Assembly (NCBI GenBank): GCA_913061435.1
Contig: CAJXUK010000015.1
Span: 324 to 64,323, forward strand
Reading direction: 5' to 3'
DNA from: an uncultured Thalassolituus sp.
GTDB taxonomy: Bacteria > Pseudomonadota > Gammaproteobacteria > Pseudomonadales > Oceanobacteraceae
Length of the DNA: 64,000 nucleotides
The notes under the pieces are model-generated. The model searched no databases and was not told where the DNA came from. It saw only the letters and a program-made list of their open reading frames with translations. The translations under genes were made by a program, and so were the position numbers. Each line of letters starts with the position of its first letter. The stretch's first letter is position 1. This document shows, one piece after another, positions 33,594 through 44,382 of the stretch.

Positions 33594-34634
33594 ATGAGCA
33601 AAACAGTTCGTTACCTAATTACTGCATTTTTTCTAATGCTGAGCACAATTAGTCACTCATTAACGTTAAAACCAGACGCTCCCGAGCGTTATACGGTACA
33701 AAAAGGCGATACTCTATGGGGAATTGCCGAACGTTACACCGATGATGCTTGGCAATGGCCAAATATTTGGTATCAAAACACACAAGTAGCTGATCCTCAC
33801 CTAATTTACCCAGGGGACATCATTGGTTTAATGATGATTGGCGGCGAAGTTAAGGTCACGGTAGTGAAACGTGGTACAGAAAGTCGAACGGTTAAGCTAA
33901 GTCCAACAGCGCGTATTGAACCTATCGAATCTGCAATTCCTACGATTCCTGTTGATGCTATTTTACCTTTTGTTGTTAGCAATCGAATCGTTAAGCCAGG
34001 TGAATTAGAGTCTGCGCCTTACATATTATCTGCTGGCGGTGGTCGCATTATGAACGGTGCCGGTGGCGTTGCTTATGGTCGCGGTGATTTTAAAGATGGA
34101 ATTGCAAATGCTTACGGTATTTTTCGTGCAAGCAAACTGTATCGAGATCCTGTTACCGAAGAAGTGTTAGGTTTAGAAGCCATGGAAGTGGGTTTGGCCA
34201 ATGTTGTCAGCAACGAAAAAGACATGGTTAAGTTGGATTTAGTTAAAACTAGCCAGCAAGTAAAAGAAGGCGATCGCTTACTGACGACAGAAAATCGTAA
34301 AATTGTTGCACGTTTTCAGCCGAAAGCACCGGATCAAGATGTTGATGGGTTTATTATTTCGGTTCCAGGTGGTGTTACTCAAATTGGTCAATACAGCATG
34401 ATTGTGATCAATAAAGGAACTCGTGATGGTGTAACCGAAGGTTCTATTTTAGACATTATGAAGCGCGGTGAAGTTGTAAAAGACCGTACTAGAAAAGAAG
34501 AAGTACGTTTGCCGGCTGAAAAAGGCGGTCAATTAATGGTGTTTAGAGCCTATGAAAAGCTGTCTTATGCCTTAGTTGTTAAGGCAACCCGAGCATTAAA
34601 TGTAGGTGATCAGGTAACAAGCCCGTTTAAATAG
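33594..34634 (+). CDS. LysM peptidoglycan-binding protein (conserved upstream of dprA)
   Basis: Signal peptide, YTVQKGDTLWGIA...WPNIW..N..V.DPHLIYPG LysM. Confidence 0.9.
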   Translation: MSKTVRYLITAFFLMLSTISHSLTLKPDAPERYTVQKGDTLWGIAERYTDDAWQWPNIWYQNTQVADPHLIYPGDIIGLMMIGGEVKVTVVKRGTESRTVKLSPTARIEPIESAIPTIPVDAILPFVVSNRIVKPGELESAPYILSAGGGRIMNGAGGVAYGRGDFKDGIANAYGIFRASKLYRDPVTEEVLGLEAMEVGLANVVSNEKDMVKLDLVKTSQQVKEGDRLLTTENRKIVARFQPKAPDQDVDGFIISVPGGVTQIGQYSMIVINKGTRDGVTEGSILDIMKRGEVVKDRTRKEEVRLPAEKGGQLMVFRAYEKLSYALVVKATRALNVGDQVTSPFK

Positions 34635-34725
34635 CTAGCTCGAAATAAGAAAGTATTTTTAATAAACATCATTAAAAACTTTTAAAATGCACCGTTAACT
34701 CGGTGCCCTAAAAAGAGGAACAAGC

Positions 34726-35940
34726 ATGGTCAAGGATGACGTGCTGTTCGCTTGGTGGTCATTATCAAGCGTTCAAGGTATTGGCAATATCGCTTTAAAC
34801 AAAATAAGAGAGCAGCTTGCCAGTTGTGATGACCTAATAGAGTGTTCTGCTCAAGACTTAATTGTATTTGGACTAAAACCAAAGTTTGCTCATTTGTGGG
34901 CTGAATCTAATTCACTAGAAAAATTAACCACCTCATCCTCGCATAACTTATTTCTATTATCCGGTTGGACAAAAATTCAGCAGTGGTGCCAGCAGCCAAA
35001 TTGCGGTTTATTGCTGCCCAGTGATTCAAACTACCCTGATTCGCTTGGGGTGCTGCGTGATGCGCCCATTTTTTTATTTTATCGCGGTAATCCTAAACTG
35101 CTGGTTGCAAACAGTGTTGCTATTGTCGGTAGTCGCAACCCCACTCATTATGGGCGTGAGCAAGCCTTTATCATTGCTCAGCAATTAATGACTGCTGATT
35201 GGCATGTGGTTAGTGGTTTGGCTATCGGCATTGATGCTGAAGCACACCAAGGGGCTATGAATAATGCAACCGGTATTGGCCAGGGTAAAACCATTGCGGT
35301 TTTAGGTTCGGGGTTAAATCAGATATATCCCAAAAGACATCAAAAGTTAGCTGAACAAATTGTTGATTCTGGGGGTGTACTGCTGTCGGAATATTTGCCT
35401 GATGAAAAAGCACTGGCGCAAAACTTCCCCCGCAGAAACCGTATCGTTAGTGGAATGAGTCGCGGTACTTTAGTGATCGAGGCAGCAATAAAAAGTGGAT
35501 CGCTGATCACTGCCCGCTTAGCTGCAGAACAAGGTCGTGAAGTGTTTGCCTTACCGGGTGCCGTTGTAAATCCGCTTAGTCGAGGATGTCACCAAATGAT
35601 CAAAGAAGGTGCTCACCTCATAGAAAGCGCCGCTGATATTTTGAGATTACTGAATTCTGATTTGGCAATGGATATACACCAAGCTGAAATAGATCATCAA
35701 CAAGATATGTTTGTGCAACGGGCTCATTCATCCACTGCTTCATCTACTACTGCTTCATCCAACACTCAGCTTGAGGGTGTGGGGCAACAAATTTATCAAG
35801 CGTTGGATGTCGTGCCTACGGCTATCGATACCTTGGTTCAGCGCACTGGTTTGTCGGTTGCAGAAATATCTCAGCAGTTAATGTTCATGGAGCTTAAAGG
35901 CCAAGTGTGTCAGGTTCCCGGTGGCTATATCCGCAGCTAA
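34726..35940 (+). CDS. dprA: DNA-processing protein DprA (Smf)
   Basis: AIVGSR, VSGLAIGIDAEAH, NFPRRNRIVSG, SGSLITA, C-terminal winged helix. Confidence 0.96.
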   Translation: MVKDDVLFAWWSLSSVQGIGNIALNKIREQLASCDDLIECSAQDLIVFGLKPKFAHLWAESNSLEKLTTSSSHNLFLLSGWTKIQQWCQQPNCGLLLPSDSNYPDSLGVLRDAPIFLFYRGNPKLLVANSVAIVGSRNPTHYGREQAFIIAQQLMTADWHVVSGLAIGIDAEAHQGAMNNATGIGQGKTIAVLGSGLNQIYPKRHQKLAEQIVDSGGVLLSEYLPDEKALAQNFPRRNRIVSGMSRGTLVIEAAIKSGSLITARLAAEQGREVFALPGAVVNPLSRGCHQMIKEGAHLIESAADILRLLNSDLAMDIHQAEIDHQQDMFVQRAHSSTASSTTASSNTQLEGVGQQIYQALDVVPTAIDTLVQRTGLSVAEISQQLMFMELKGQVCQVPGGYIRS

Positions 35941-36056
35941 CGTTTTGCGCATATGCGCGGTGTAATCTTATGCAAGCAAGGTTGTTGTTTGCTTTTCTCA
36001 TCTACTATACTTTCTCATTTACAATACTTTCATAAACACTGTATTTAATAAGAGAT

Positions 36057-36620
36057 ATGATTTTGTCAGTCAGCAACGTTAATACTGAGCTCCAACAGGC
36101 GGTAAAATGTCTACAATTAGGCGAGGTGATCGCTTATCCAACAGAGGGTGTATGGGGCTTGGGTTGTATTTGGACCGATGAAGCAGCCATTAAAGAAATT
36201 TTACGCTTAAAGCAGCGGCCACTTGAAAAAGGCATGATTGTTTTATGTTCACAAATATCCGATATAGAGCACTATTTATTGCCTTTGAGTGCTCAAGATA
36301 TTGCTCAAATTGAGCAGGATTACCCACACCCAGTGACTTGGATTTTACCGTGTCAATTAACGGTTTCAGAATCGGTGCGTGGTCAGCATTCTAGTATTGC
36401 CGTGCGTTTTAGTCGTCATCCCTTGGTGCAAAAGTTGTGCGCACAAGTTGGGCCTATTATTTCGACTTCAGCTAACCCAGCAGGTTTAGCTGCAGCTATG
36501 TCGTTTCAAGAAGTAGAAGGATATTTTCAGGATCAGTTGGGATACATTCTTCCGGGTGAGTTAGGCGGCTATTCAAAACCTTCAGAAATTCGTACTCTGG
36601 ACGGCCAAAGGGTAAGATAG
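36057..36620 (+). CDS. tsaC: Threonylcarbamoyl-AMP synthase TsaC (YrdC/Sua5)
   Basis: IAYPTEGVWGLGC, LKQRPLEKG, ISTSAN. Confidence 0.9.
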   Translation: MILSVSNVNTELQQAVKCLQLGEVIAYPTEGVWGLGCIWTDEAAIKEILRLKQRPLEKGMIVLCSQISDIEHYLLPLSAQDIAQIEQDYPHPVTWILPCQLTVSESVRGQHSSIAVRFSRHPLVQKLCAQVGPIISTSANPAGLAAAMSFQEVEGYFQDQLGYILPGELGGYSKPSEIRTLDGQRVR

Positions 36621-36664
36621 CGTTCCAGGTTAGGTTACAATTTATTATTTAAAAAGAGTCATAA

Positions 36665-37618
<954 letters not shown>

Positions 37619-37620
37619 TT

Positions 37621-38445
37621 ATGAGTGACTTATACGCGGTGATGGGAAACCCTATCAACCATAGTAAAAGCCCACAGATACACAGTGCTTTTGCTGAGCA
37701 AACCGGGCAAGACCTTATCTACTCGGCGATTTTAGTCCCATTAGAAAAATTCAAAGACGAAGCCGACAGTTTTTTTCGCAATGGTCGTGGTTTAAATGTG
37801 ACTGTGCCGTTTAAAGAAGACGCTTGGCAATACGCTGATACATACTCATCGCGGGCATTGCGAGCTGGAGCAGTAAACACCTTAATTAAAAAAGAAAATG
37901 GTTTAATCCATGCGGACAATACCGATGGTGTTGGCTTAGTGCGCGATATAACTCGTAATCATCTTTGTAGCATCGATGGTAAACGGGTGCTGGTTTTAGG
38001 TGCTGGTGGCGCTGTGCGTGGTATTTTAGAGCCATTACTAGAAGAAAAACCGACCGAAGTGGTTGTTGCTAATAGAACAGTGAGTAAAGCTGAAGCGCTG
38101 GCACAAGATTTTGCCAATATCGGTAAAATATCTGGCTGTGGCTTTGACAAAATTGATGGTCAATTTGATTTAGTAATCAATGGTACATCTGCCAGTCTTG
38201 GTGGTGAATTACCTCCTATACCAGATACCGCGGTTCACTTAGAAACGGTTTGTTACGACATGATGTACGGTGCTGGTTTAACCGTCTTTAATCAATGGGC
38301 GCAAAGTTTAAATGTTGCTGCCACAATCGATGGCTTGGGAATGTTAGTTGAACAGGCGGCAGAATCTTTCAGTATTTGGCGAGGAATTAGTCCAGACAGC
38401 AAAGCGGTTATTGCTAATATTAGAGCCAGCTTAAATCCTAGTTAA
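37621..38445 (+). CDS. aroE: Shikimate dehydrogenase
   Basis: GNPINHSKSP, NVTVPFKE, DNTDG, GAGGA, GLGMLVEQAA. Confidence 0.96.
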   Translation: MSDLYAVMGNPINHSKSPQIHSAFAEQTGQDLIYSAILVPLEKFKDEADSFFRNGRGLNVTVPFKEDAWQYADTYSSRALRAGAVNTLIKKENGLIHADNTDGVGLVRDITRNHLCSIDGKRVLVLGAGGAVRGILEPLLEEKPTEVVVANRTVSKAEALAQDFANIGKISGCGFDKIDGQFDLVINGTSASLGGELPPIPDTAVHLETVCYDMMYGAGLTVFNQWAQSLNVAATIDGLGMLVEQAAESFSIWRGISPDSKAVIANIRASLNPS

Positions 38446-38605
38446 CCTCTAACTAAGCCTTATTTAAAAACCTGACATTTACTGACCAAATTTCTCTCAA
38501 AAAACATTATTAAATGTTGAAAATGCCGTCGTTTGGCGGCATATATACAGCTATCTTCAAACCACCATACATAACATATTACGACTTTTTAAGGAGAATT
38601 CTCAG

Positions 38606-39490
38606 ATGATGAGAATCGTATTATTTTTACTGACAAACTTAGCGGTAATTGCCGTTGCCAGTATCACATTGAGTTTACTAGGCGTAGGAAGTTATCTAGA
38701 GCAAGGTAATAACCTAAACCTAAATAACCTACTTGCTTTCTGTTTAGTATTTGGCATGGCGGGTTCATTTGTTTCTTTGTTGATCTCTAAGTGGATGGCC
38801 AAACGCAGCATGGGCGTTCAGATTATTGAACAACCTCAAAATGCTTCTGAACAGTGGCTATACAGCACAGTACAAGAACTGGCTAATAAAGCAGGCATTG
38901 GTATGCCCGAAGTAGGTATTTTCCATTCGGATGCACCCAACGCATTTGCAACAGGTTGGAATAAAAACAACGCTCTAGTCGCGGTTTCTACCGGTTTACT
39001 GCAGCGTATGAACAAAGAAGAAGTGAAAGCAGTTTTGGGACACGAAATTGGCCACGTTGCCAATGGTGACATGGTGACATTGGCCTTGATTCAAGGTGTA
39101 GTGAATGCTTTTGTAATGTTTTTTGCGCGCATTATCGGTAACTTTGTCGATAAAGCAGTATTCAAAAATGAACATGGACCGGGTATTGCGTTTTACATCA
39201 CGACGTTTGTCGCAGAAATAATACTGGGTATTTTAGCTTCAACCATCGTCGCTTGGTTTAGCCGCCGTCGTGAATATCGTGCTGACGAAGCCGGTGCAGC
39301 GTTAACCAGCCATGCGGCTATGGCAAGTGCATTAATGCGCTTAAAAGAAACCTACGAGCAACCCAGTGAGTTGAGTGGTGAGCTGGTGGCGTTTGGAATT
39401 CGTGGCGAAGGTAAATTATCGGCCTTGTTCTCAACCCATCCTCCACTAGACGATCGCATTGCAGCGTTGCAACGGGCTGCGAAGCAGTAA
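38606..39490 (+). CDS. htpX: Membrane zinc protease HtpX
   Basis: [32 protein letters not shown]. Confidence 0.96.
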   Translation: MMRIVLFLLTNLAVIAVASITLSLLGVGSYLEQGNNLNLNNLLAFCLVFGMAGSFVSLLISKWMAKRSMGVQIIEQPQNASEQWLYSTVQELANKAGIGMPEVGIFHSDAPNAFATGWNKNNALVAVSTGLLQRMNKEEVKAVLGHEIGHVANGDMVTLALIQGVVNAFVMFFARIIGNFVDKAVFKNEHGPGIAFYITTFVAEIILGILASTIVAWFSRRREYRADEAGAALTSHAAMASALMRLKETYEQPSELSGELVAFGIRGEGKLSALFSTHPPLDDRIAALQRAAKQ

Positions 39491-39520
39491 TTATTGCTGT
39501 TTTTCTAGATCAATACTGCG

Positions 39521-39572
39521 AAGGGCTGAGTATCTGACTGATGATTAAATCAGCTAGATAATCAGCCTTTTT
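39521..39572. terminator. Long imperfect hairpin between convergent htpX and membrane-protein gene
   Basis: AAGGGCTGA...TCAGCCTTTTT with internal pairing (TATCT/AGATA, CTGAT/ATCAG). Confidence 0.55.
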
Positions 39573-40854
39573 ATTTTGCGGCTTGGCTAATTTTAGTATT
39601 CACCGCAAAGTACAGAGACATGATTTTTAACATAATCGCCAATAACCCAATTGATTCTAACGCCAGCGACACAGCAAAGGCAGCGTATAAACTTGGCCAA
39701 GCGAGTACAAAAATCAATAATAAACCGCTAATAATATGTAAATAGAACAGCCACTGCCCATGCTTTTTATTCAAAAATTCATGCATGTTGGGAATGTATT
39801 GCATCGCTTCAAAATTAATTAAGCAGCGTTGTTGTAGATGGGTGTAACTGAGAAAAGGCAGTATCTTTAATAACATGCCTTGGATAATCGACATTAAATA
39901 AAAAAATAGAAACAGCGCTACCAGTAAGTGTGTTTTATTTACCGCTAGGTATCGATTCCAAAGAGTTTCGGGAATAAAAAACAACAGGCTTGATAGCAAC
40001 AATGCTAACGCACCAAGCTGCCAGTAACGAATACTGGTATCAGGTACTTTACGTTTACGCTGATGAATAACAAATAGTAGTACCAAGGCAAATATCGCAT
40101 GCAGGCCGTTAATTGCAGCTAGCCCTAATGTGGGAAAAGCTATGCTAAGTATTAAGGCAATAAAAATTGCAGGAATAAGAAACCGCCTAACCCATAATGG
40201 AAAGGCTGGTGCTACATGAAACATGGGTATAACTTGAAAACTCACCGCAATAATTAATATTCCAGCCCAGCCAGTCAATCCCCAGAGTGCATGAACATTA
40301 GTCACCATTTTAGTTGTAGGTATCCACTCGACACCTAAGTTACGCGCTAATAGTGCCAAGCCTAGCAAGGTTACAACCAGCAACGAAAAAGTGGCTAAGC
40401 GAAATCCCCAAATAGAATCGCCTTGGCTGAGCTTTTTGATTAAAACCCAAATCAATGCCGCTATATATACGCCCAAAGCCAATGCTAACAACAGCATAGC
40501 GCTATAAATAAGTAAGGCATCAAAATACATAAAACCAGCCATTAAGCTCAGAGTTCCTAGTGATAATAATGCATGACTGAAGCAAGCGACGGGGCGCGGT
40601 TTAACAATGCCAATACCGGCGATAACAGGCAGTAGCTGCAGCAGTGCACCCAGCATGACCATGGTTAAAAAGCCTAAGGTAAAACCATGAATCAGTGCCA
40701 GCATTGAAGGTTGCCAGCGACTTAGCCATAAACTTTCTCCCGAAACTAGAATAACGCCGGCGCACAAAAGCATAAAAAAAGGGGCGCAAATAAAGAATCG
40801 AAATGGCAAGTCTATGGGCGGTAAAGCATCGAAAGACAGCCCCGTTAATTTCAT
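39571..40854 (-). CDS. Polytopic membrane protein of hemerythrin/DUF2249 cluster
   Basis: About 12 hydrophobic segments with intramembrane His motifs (HGFTLG, HALWGLTGW). 4-nt overlap with the DUF2249-like gene. Confidence 0.75.
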   Translation of the reverse strand: MKLTGLSFDALPPIDLPFRFFICAPFFMLLCAGVILVSGESLWLSRWQPSMLALIHGFTLGFLTMVMLGALLQLLPVIAGIGIVKPRPVACFSHALLSLGTLSLMAGFMYFDALLIYSAMLLLALALGVYIAALIWVLIKKLSQGDSIWGFRLATFSLLVVTLLGLALLARNLGVEWIPTTKMVTNVHALWGLTGWAGILIIAVSFQVIPMFHVAPAFPLWVRRFLIPAIFIALILSIAFPTLGLAAINGLHAIFALVLLFVIHQRKRKVPDTSIRYWQLGALALLLSSLLFFIPETLWNRYLAVNKTHLLVALFLFFYLMSIIQGMLLKILPFLSYTHLQQRCLINFEAMQYIPNMHEFLNKKHGQWLFYLHIISGLLLIFVLAWPSLYAAFAVSLALESIGLLAIMLKIMSLYFAVNTKISQAAK

Positions 40855-41087
40855 GGTGACGAGTCCAATTGACGGTAAATAGAAATTAAAAAGTAGTGAT
40901 CAGATAGTTGTTCGCATTCATAAGCCCAACCAGCCGCCTCCAGCTTAGCGTAAAGCGGATAAGGCTGGCGACTGTGGTGTACTCGCAGCATCCCTTGTTG
41001 TGGCAGAGTTGATAGGGCCGATAAAATCGCTGTCATAGGTTCTGGCGGCGGCAGTTCGCGAACATCAATTTCGGTTAAAAGCGTCAC
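40851..41087 (-). CDS. DUF2249-like small protein
   Basis: IDVRELPPPEPMTAIL..L..L....LRVHHSRQP.PLY..L, a SirA/TusA-like DUF2249 pattern. Confidence 0.75.
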   Translation of the reverse strand: MTLLTEIDVRELPPPEPMTAILSALSTLPQQGMLRVHHSRQPYPLYAKLEAAGWAYECEQLSDHYFLISIYRQLDSSP

Positions 41088-41102
41088 TATTAATGATTAA
41101 AT

Positions 41103-41531
41103 TTATGCGCTAAACGATGCAATTATTTCATCCCCTTGAGGCAAATTTTTTGCCATCATAGGGTACAACATCATCTCTTCTTTCATATTGTGTTGTTGCA
41201 TCATAACCATCAGTGTTTCAGATAAGCCGAGAAAGCTATCTTTATTTTGTTCGCTCATGGCTTGCTCAAGGTCTGTTACCAAGGAGCGCATTTGCTGGTG
41301 CTCCATTCGCATGACCTGGGTAGGGCCACCTGTCATACCTGTGGCTTGCTCAAAGGCTGGAAACAACGTGTCTTCTTCTTGGCTAAAGTGTGTCAGTAAT
41401 TCATCTTTAAACTGCTGCCAGCTTTCAGCAGCAAGCTCCCAATTACCTTTGGCAACGCTTGCTTCGGCAAGAGTAAATACTTCATCGCAATCGCGATGTT
41501 TGGCGGTCATATAATCAGGGATAGAAGTCAT
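41103..41531 (-). CDS. Hemerythrin (HHE) domain protein
   Basis: H..CD..F, HFSQEE..LFP, EHQQMR, QHNMKEE.MLYP di-iron ligand pattern. Confidence 0.9.
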   Translation of the reverse strand: MTSIPDYMTAKHRDCDEVFTLAEASVAKGNWELAAESWQQFKDELLTHFSQEEDTLFPAFEQATGMTGGPTQVMRMEHQQMRSLVTDLEQAMSEQNKDSFLGLSETLMVMMQQHNMKEEMMLYPMMAKNLPQGDEIIASFSA

Positions 41532-41563
41532 TGCTAATACCTAACGAGGCTTATTAAAAAGCC

Positions 41564-41605
41564 ATCATAAAGTATATTTAGGAGAGTCTATTTGATCTGT
41601 ATTAA
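41564..41605 (-). promoter_or_regulatory. FNR/DNR-type class II promoter of hemerythrin operon
   Basis: TTAAT-ACAG-ATCAA (41605-41592; 1 mismatch to TTGAT-N4-ATCAA), centred 41.5 bp upstream of the start implied by -10 TATGAT (41569-41564). Confidence 0.65.
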
Positions 41606-41622
41606 GAAAATTCTAGATAAAT

Positions 41623-43398
41623 TTAGCCAATCTGAGACTGGTTACGGCCTAACTCTTTTGCCTTGTACAAGGCTTTATCCGCCCGAGCAAAAACTTCTTC
41701 CGGTGATTCATCCTTAGAAAATTGGCTAATGCCAAACGAAATAGTGATTTGCACTGGCTCTTTTTTAAAGTTGAATGGGCTGAGTTCGATGGTTTTACGC
41801 AATTTTTCCGCTGCAATTAGGGCATCTTCTGCACTGGTTCCAGGCATTAAGATCACAAACTCTTCACCGCCAAAACGGGCAATAAAGTCGCTTACGCGTA
41901 ATTTCTTTTGTAGAGAGCGAGCGATAATGGTGAGTACTTTGTCACCGGCAAGATGACCGTAAGAATCATTAATCCGCTTAAAAAGATCTACATCGCATAC
42001 TATTAACGATAATTTGCCGCCGTAACGATCAAGGCGTTGAACTTCTTGCTCTAAACGCTGCTGGTAAGACTCACGATTGGGAAGCCCTGTTAACGGATCG
42101 TGCATGGCTTTTTTACGCTGCTCTTCGAGTGCAACTTGAGCAACTTGAGCTAGATTTTCCATTTCGTCTAGCTTGCTTTGCATTTGTTCTAGTTGTTTTG
42201 TTAGCTCTGTTTCGCGCTCATTTTCTGCCGAGCTATAACTTTGCATCGCTTGTAAGATTAATCCAAGATGTTCGCTAATGCTGTTACTAAGGGCACCCAG
42301 ACTGTTTTTGTTACTGACTTCAGAGCGGATGTCATTAACTTTTTTCTCAAGAATGCCAGCAAATTCATCCCGTGCGTCGCTGCGAGCAAGCTGTCCTTTT
42401 GAGGCGCTATTAACAATATCTTGAATGGTCTCTAAGCGATTATCCAAGCCCTGGAGAAATTGTTCAAACTCGGCTTGGCCGTTGCCGACTGCATCAATAA
42501 CAAGATTGGCGACTTCTTCTAGTGTGGGTACTAAATCATACCAATCAAGTTTAGAGGCTAGTTTTACTTTTAAAGCATTTAAACGATCATGGTAACTGGC
42601 AGGAATAACCAACTGAGCCAACAAGCGGTTGATCATAGCGCTGACATCTTTTTCTATCGCAGAATAAGAGATCCTTTGCTGTTCACCTTCGGTATCTGTT
42701 ACCTCAATAGACACAGAGCCACTGTTTGCAGCTTTTGTGTCAGTACTTGTAACGCCAGCACTGATTTTTTTAAATTCGGTGTCAGAGTCGTTATTTAAAT
42801 CCAGCGAGTCTTCAGTTTCGACAGCAGTTGGTTGGCTAGGCGTTTGTGGTGGACGCTGAAATAAACGACTAAAAAAACCAACGGCTGGGCCAGCACTTTC
42901 ATCAATACTGTCAGTTTGCAAAGGCAATTCAGCAATGAGTTGAGTCCATGATTTTAGCTGCTTGCTGTAACCAGCCCATTGCTCTAATTCATTTTTAGAT
43001 TGATTAAGCACTTTTTTGATATGCTGTTTTTGTGCAAAAGGTAGAGGCAGCTGTAATAAATTTTTTGCAGCTTTTTGCATAGTTTGCAGTATTTCTTCCG
43101 ACTGCATTTGCCACTTGTGCTCAAAGCGGTTCATTTCTGCTTGTAAGGCTTTTACATTCTTTTCTAAGTCAGGATTACTGCTATCGGGTTTAATCGCTTC
43201 ACGCAGGGTTGCAAGCGGTTTATCTATACTATTGGTTTGGCCTTCTGCCAGCAACGCAACAACCATCAAAGCACGACGCATTTGATCCTGCTTACTGTCA
43301 TTACTTTTGATAAGTTGCTCGTGACGCTCGATCAGGTCGAGATACTTATTGCGCCATCTACTAGCATTGTTGTGTGAAAATTCGCCTTCTTGCGACAT
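41623..43398 (-). CDS. Diguanylate cyclase (coiled-coil plus GGDEF)
   Basis: DPLTGLPNR, DVDLFKRINDSYGHLAGD, ARFGGEEF. Confidence 0.93.
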   Translation of the reverse strand: MSQEGEFSHNNASRWRNKYLDLIERHEQLIKSNDSKQDQMRRALMVVALLAEGQTNSIDKPLATLREAIKPDSSNPDLEKNVKALQAEMNRFEHKWQMQSEEILQTMQKAAKNLLQLPLPFAQKQHIKKVLNQSKNELEQWAGYSKQLKSWTQLIAELPLQTDSIDESAGPAVGFFSRLFQRPPQTPSQPTAVETEDSLDLNNDSDTEFKKISAGVTSTDTKAANSGSVSIEVTDTEGEQQRISYSAIEKDVSAMINRLLAQLVIPASYHDRLNALKVKLASKLDWYDLVPTLEEVANLVIDAVGNGQAEFEQFLQGLDNRLETIQDIVNSASKGQLARSDARDEFAGILEKKVNDIRSEVSNKNSLGALSNSISEHLGLILQAMQSYSSAENERETELTKQLEQMQSKLDEMENLAQVAQVALEEQRKKAMHDPLTGLPNRESYQQRLEQEVQRLDRYGGKLSLIVCDVDLFKRINDSYGHLAGDKVLTIIARSLQKKLRVSDFIARFGGEEFVILMPGTSAEDALIAAEKLRKTIELSPFNFKKEPVQITISFGISQFSKDESPEEVFARADKALYKAKELGRNQSQIG

Positions 43399-43495
43399 AG
43401 TCCCTTTACCAACTTTAGTGTTATACCACTCAGTATAGAAAACATGAGCTTACTGATATTATTTATTATTAAATAATTAAACAACAATAAAAACA

Positions 43496-43522
43496 AAAAT
43501 GGCAGCTGTTAAAGCTGCCATT
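43496..43522 (-). terminator. Intrinsic terminator after dsbA
   Basis: AATGGCAGC/GCTGCCATT 9-bp stem with U-tract on the minus strand. Confidence 0.65.
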
Positions 43523-43550
43523 CAAACAATTCTTACTGATAAAAGAACGA

Positions 43551-44195
43551 TTAGTTGCGTTCTTTTTCAATTAAGTAATCAACTACTTTGAACATATTTC
43601 CTTGGCCACCCGCAGAAGAGGCATCTACTAAATATTTGCCATTAACAACCAGTGCCGGAACGCCACTTACACGGAAAGCGCGTATACGCTTATCACCCTG
43701 CTGCATGCGACTCTTAACCGTAAATGAGCTGTAGGCTTTGTCAAAATCTTCTTCACTCACACCATAAGCCGCAAAAAACTCTCGTTGCTCTGATTTGCGC
43801 TGTAAGCGTTTACCATTAATATGAATAGCCTTAAAAATATCACCGTGAGATTGTTCAGTGATACCTAATACTTCACCAATGTAATACAGCTGAGCATGGA
43901 TAACCCAAGATTTGCCAAACATCGCAGGAACGCGAGTAAATTGTACATCGCTTGGAAGTTTAGACGTCCAAGATTCAACGTGTTTTTCTAAAGTAAAGCA
44001 GTGGCCACAGCCATACCAAAATAATTCTTCTACATGAATTTTACCGTTGGCAGGAACTGCCTGAGGTTGCTCAAGTACTTTATAAGTTTTACTCATATCG
44101 GTAAGTGCGGCCTCTTGATGGTTGTGACCATCTGCAGCAAGGCTGTTGAAACTGGCTAAAACAATGGCGGCACTGGTAAGGATACGTCCTAACAT
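43551..44195 (-). CDS. dsbA: Thiol:disulfide oxidoreductase DsbA
   Basis: Signal peptide, EELFWYGCGHC, GVPALVVNGKY. Confidence 0.92.
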   Translation of the reverse strand: MLGRILTSAAIVLASFNSLAADGHNHQEAALTDMSKTYKVLEQPQAVPANGKIHVEELFWYGCGHCFTLEKHVESWTSKLPSDVQFTRVPAMFGKSWVIHAQLYYIGEVLGITEQSHGDIFKAIHINGKRLQRKSEQREFFAAYGVSEEDFDKAYSSFTVKSRMQQGDKRIRAFRVSGVPALVVNGKYLVDASSAGGQGNMFKVVDYLIEKERN

Positions 44196-44341
44196 CTTAA
44201 ACTCCGAAACAAGGGTTTTGATAATTAATAATATTTAACGGATAAGTTCAATTGCGTACTTATTACTTTTATTGACAAGGATTGTGGCACAAAGGTTCAG
44301 CCTTAGGTAGGCGTTAACCACAAAAGAGAGGAATAAAAACC

Positions 44342-44367
44342 AAAAAAAGCGGCCTAAGCCGCTTTTT
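44342..44367 (-). terminator. Intrinsic (possibly bidirectional) terminator after cytochrome c4
   Basis: AAAAAGCGGC-CTAA-GCCGCTTTTT perfect hairpin. Confidence 0.8.
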
Positions 44368-44382
44368 CGTAAACTAAATCAA

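Noticed and set aside
35734-35759. ACTGCTTCATC direct repeat in dprA
   Set aside because: Simple in-frame duplication in a Ser/Thr linker.
36039-36054. LexA-box-like CTGT-N8-AGAG upstream of tsaC
   Set aside because: The mismatch falls in the essential CAG half-site.
38518-38545. Possible sigma32 promoter (TTGAAA-N14-CGGCATAT) for htpX
   Set aside because: The -10 match is poor, and the same bases form an ATGCCG/CGGCAT hairpin that is equally explained as an aroE terminator.
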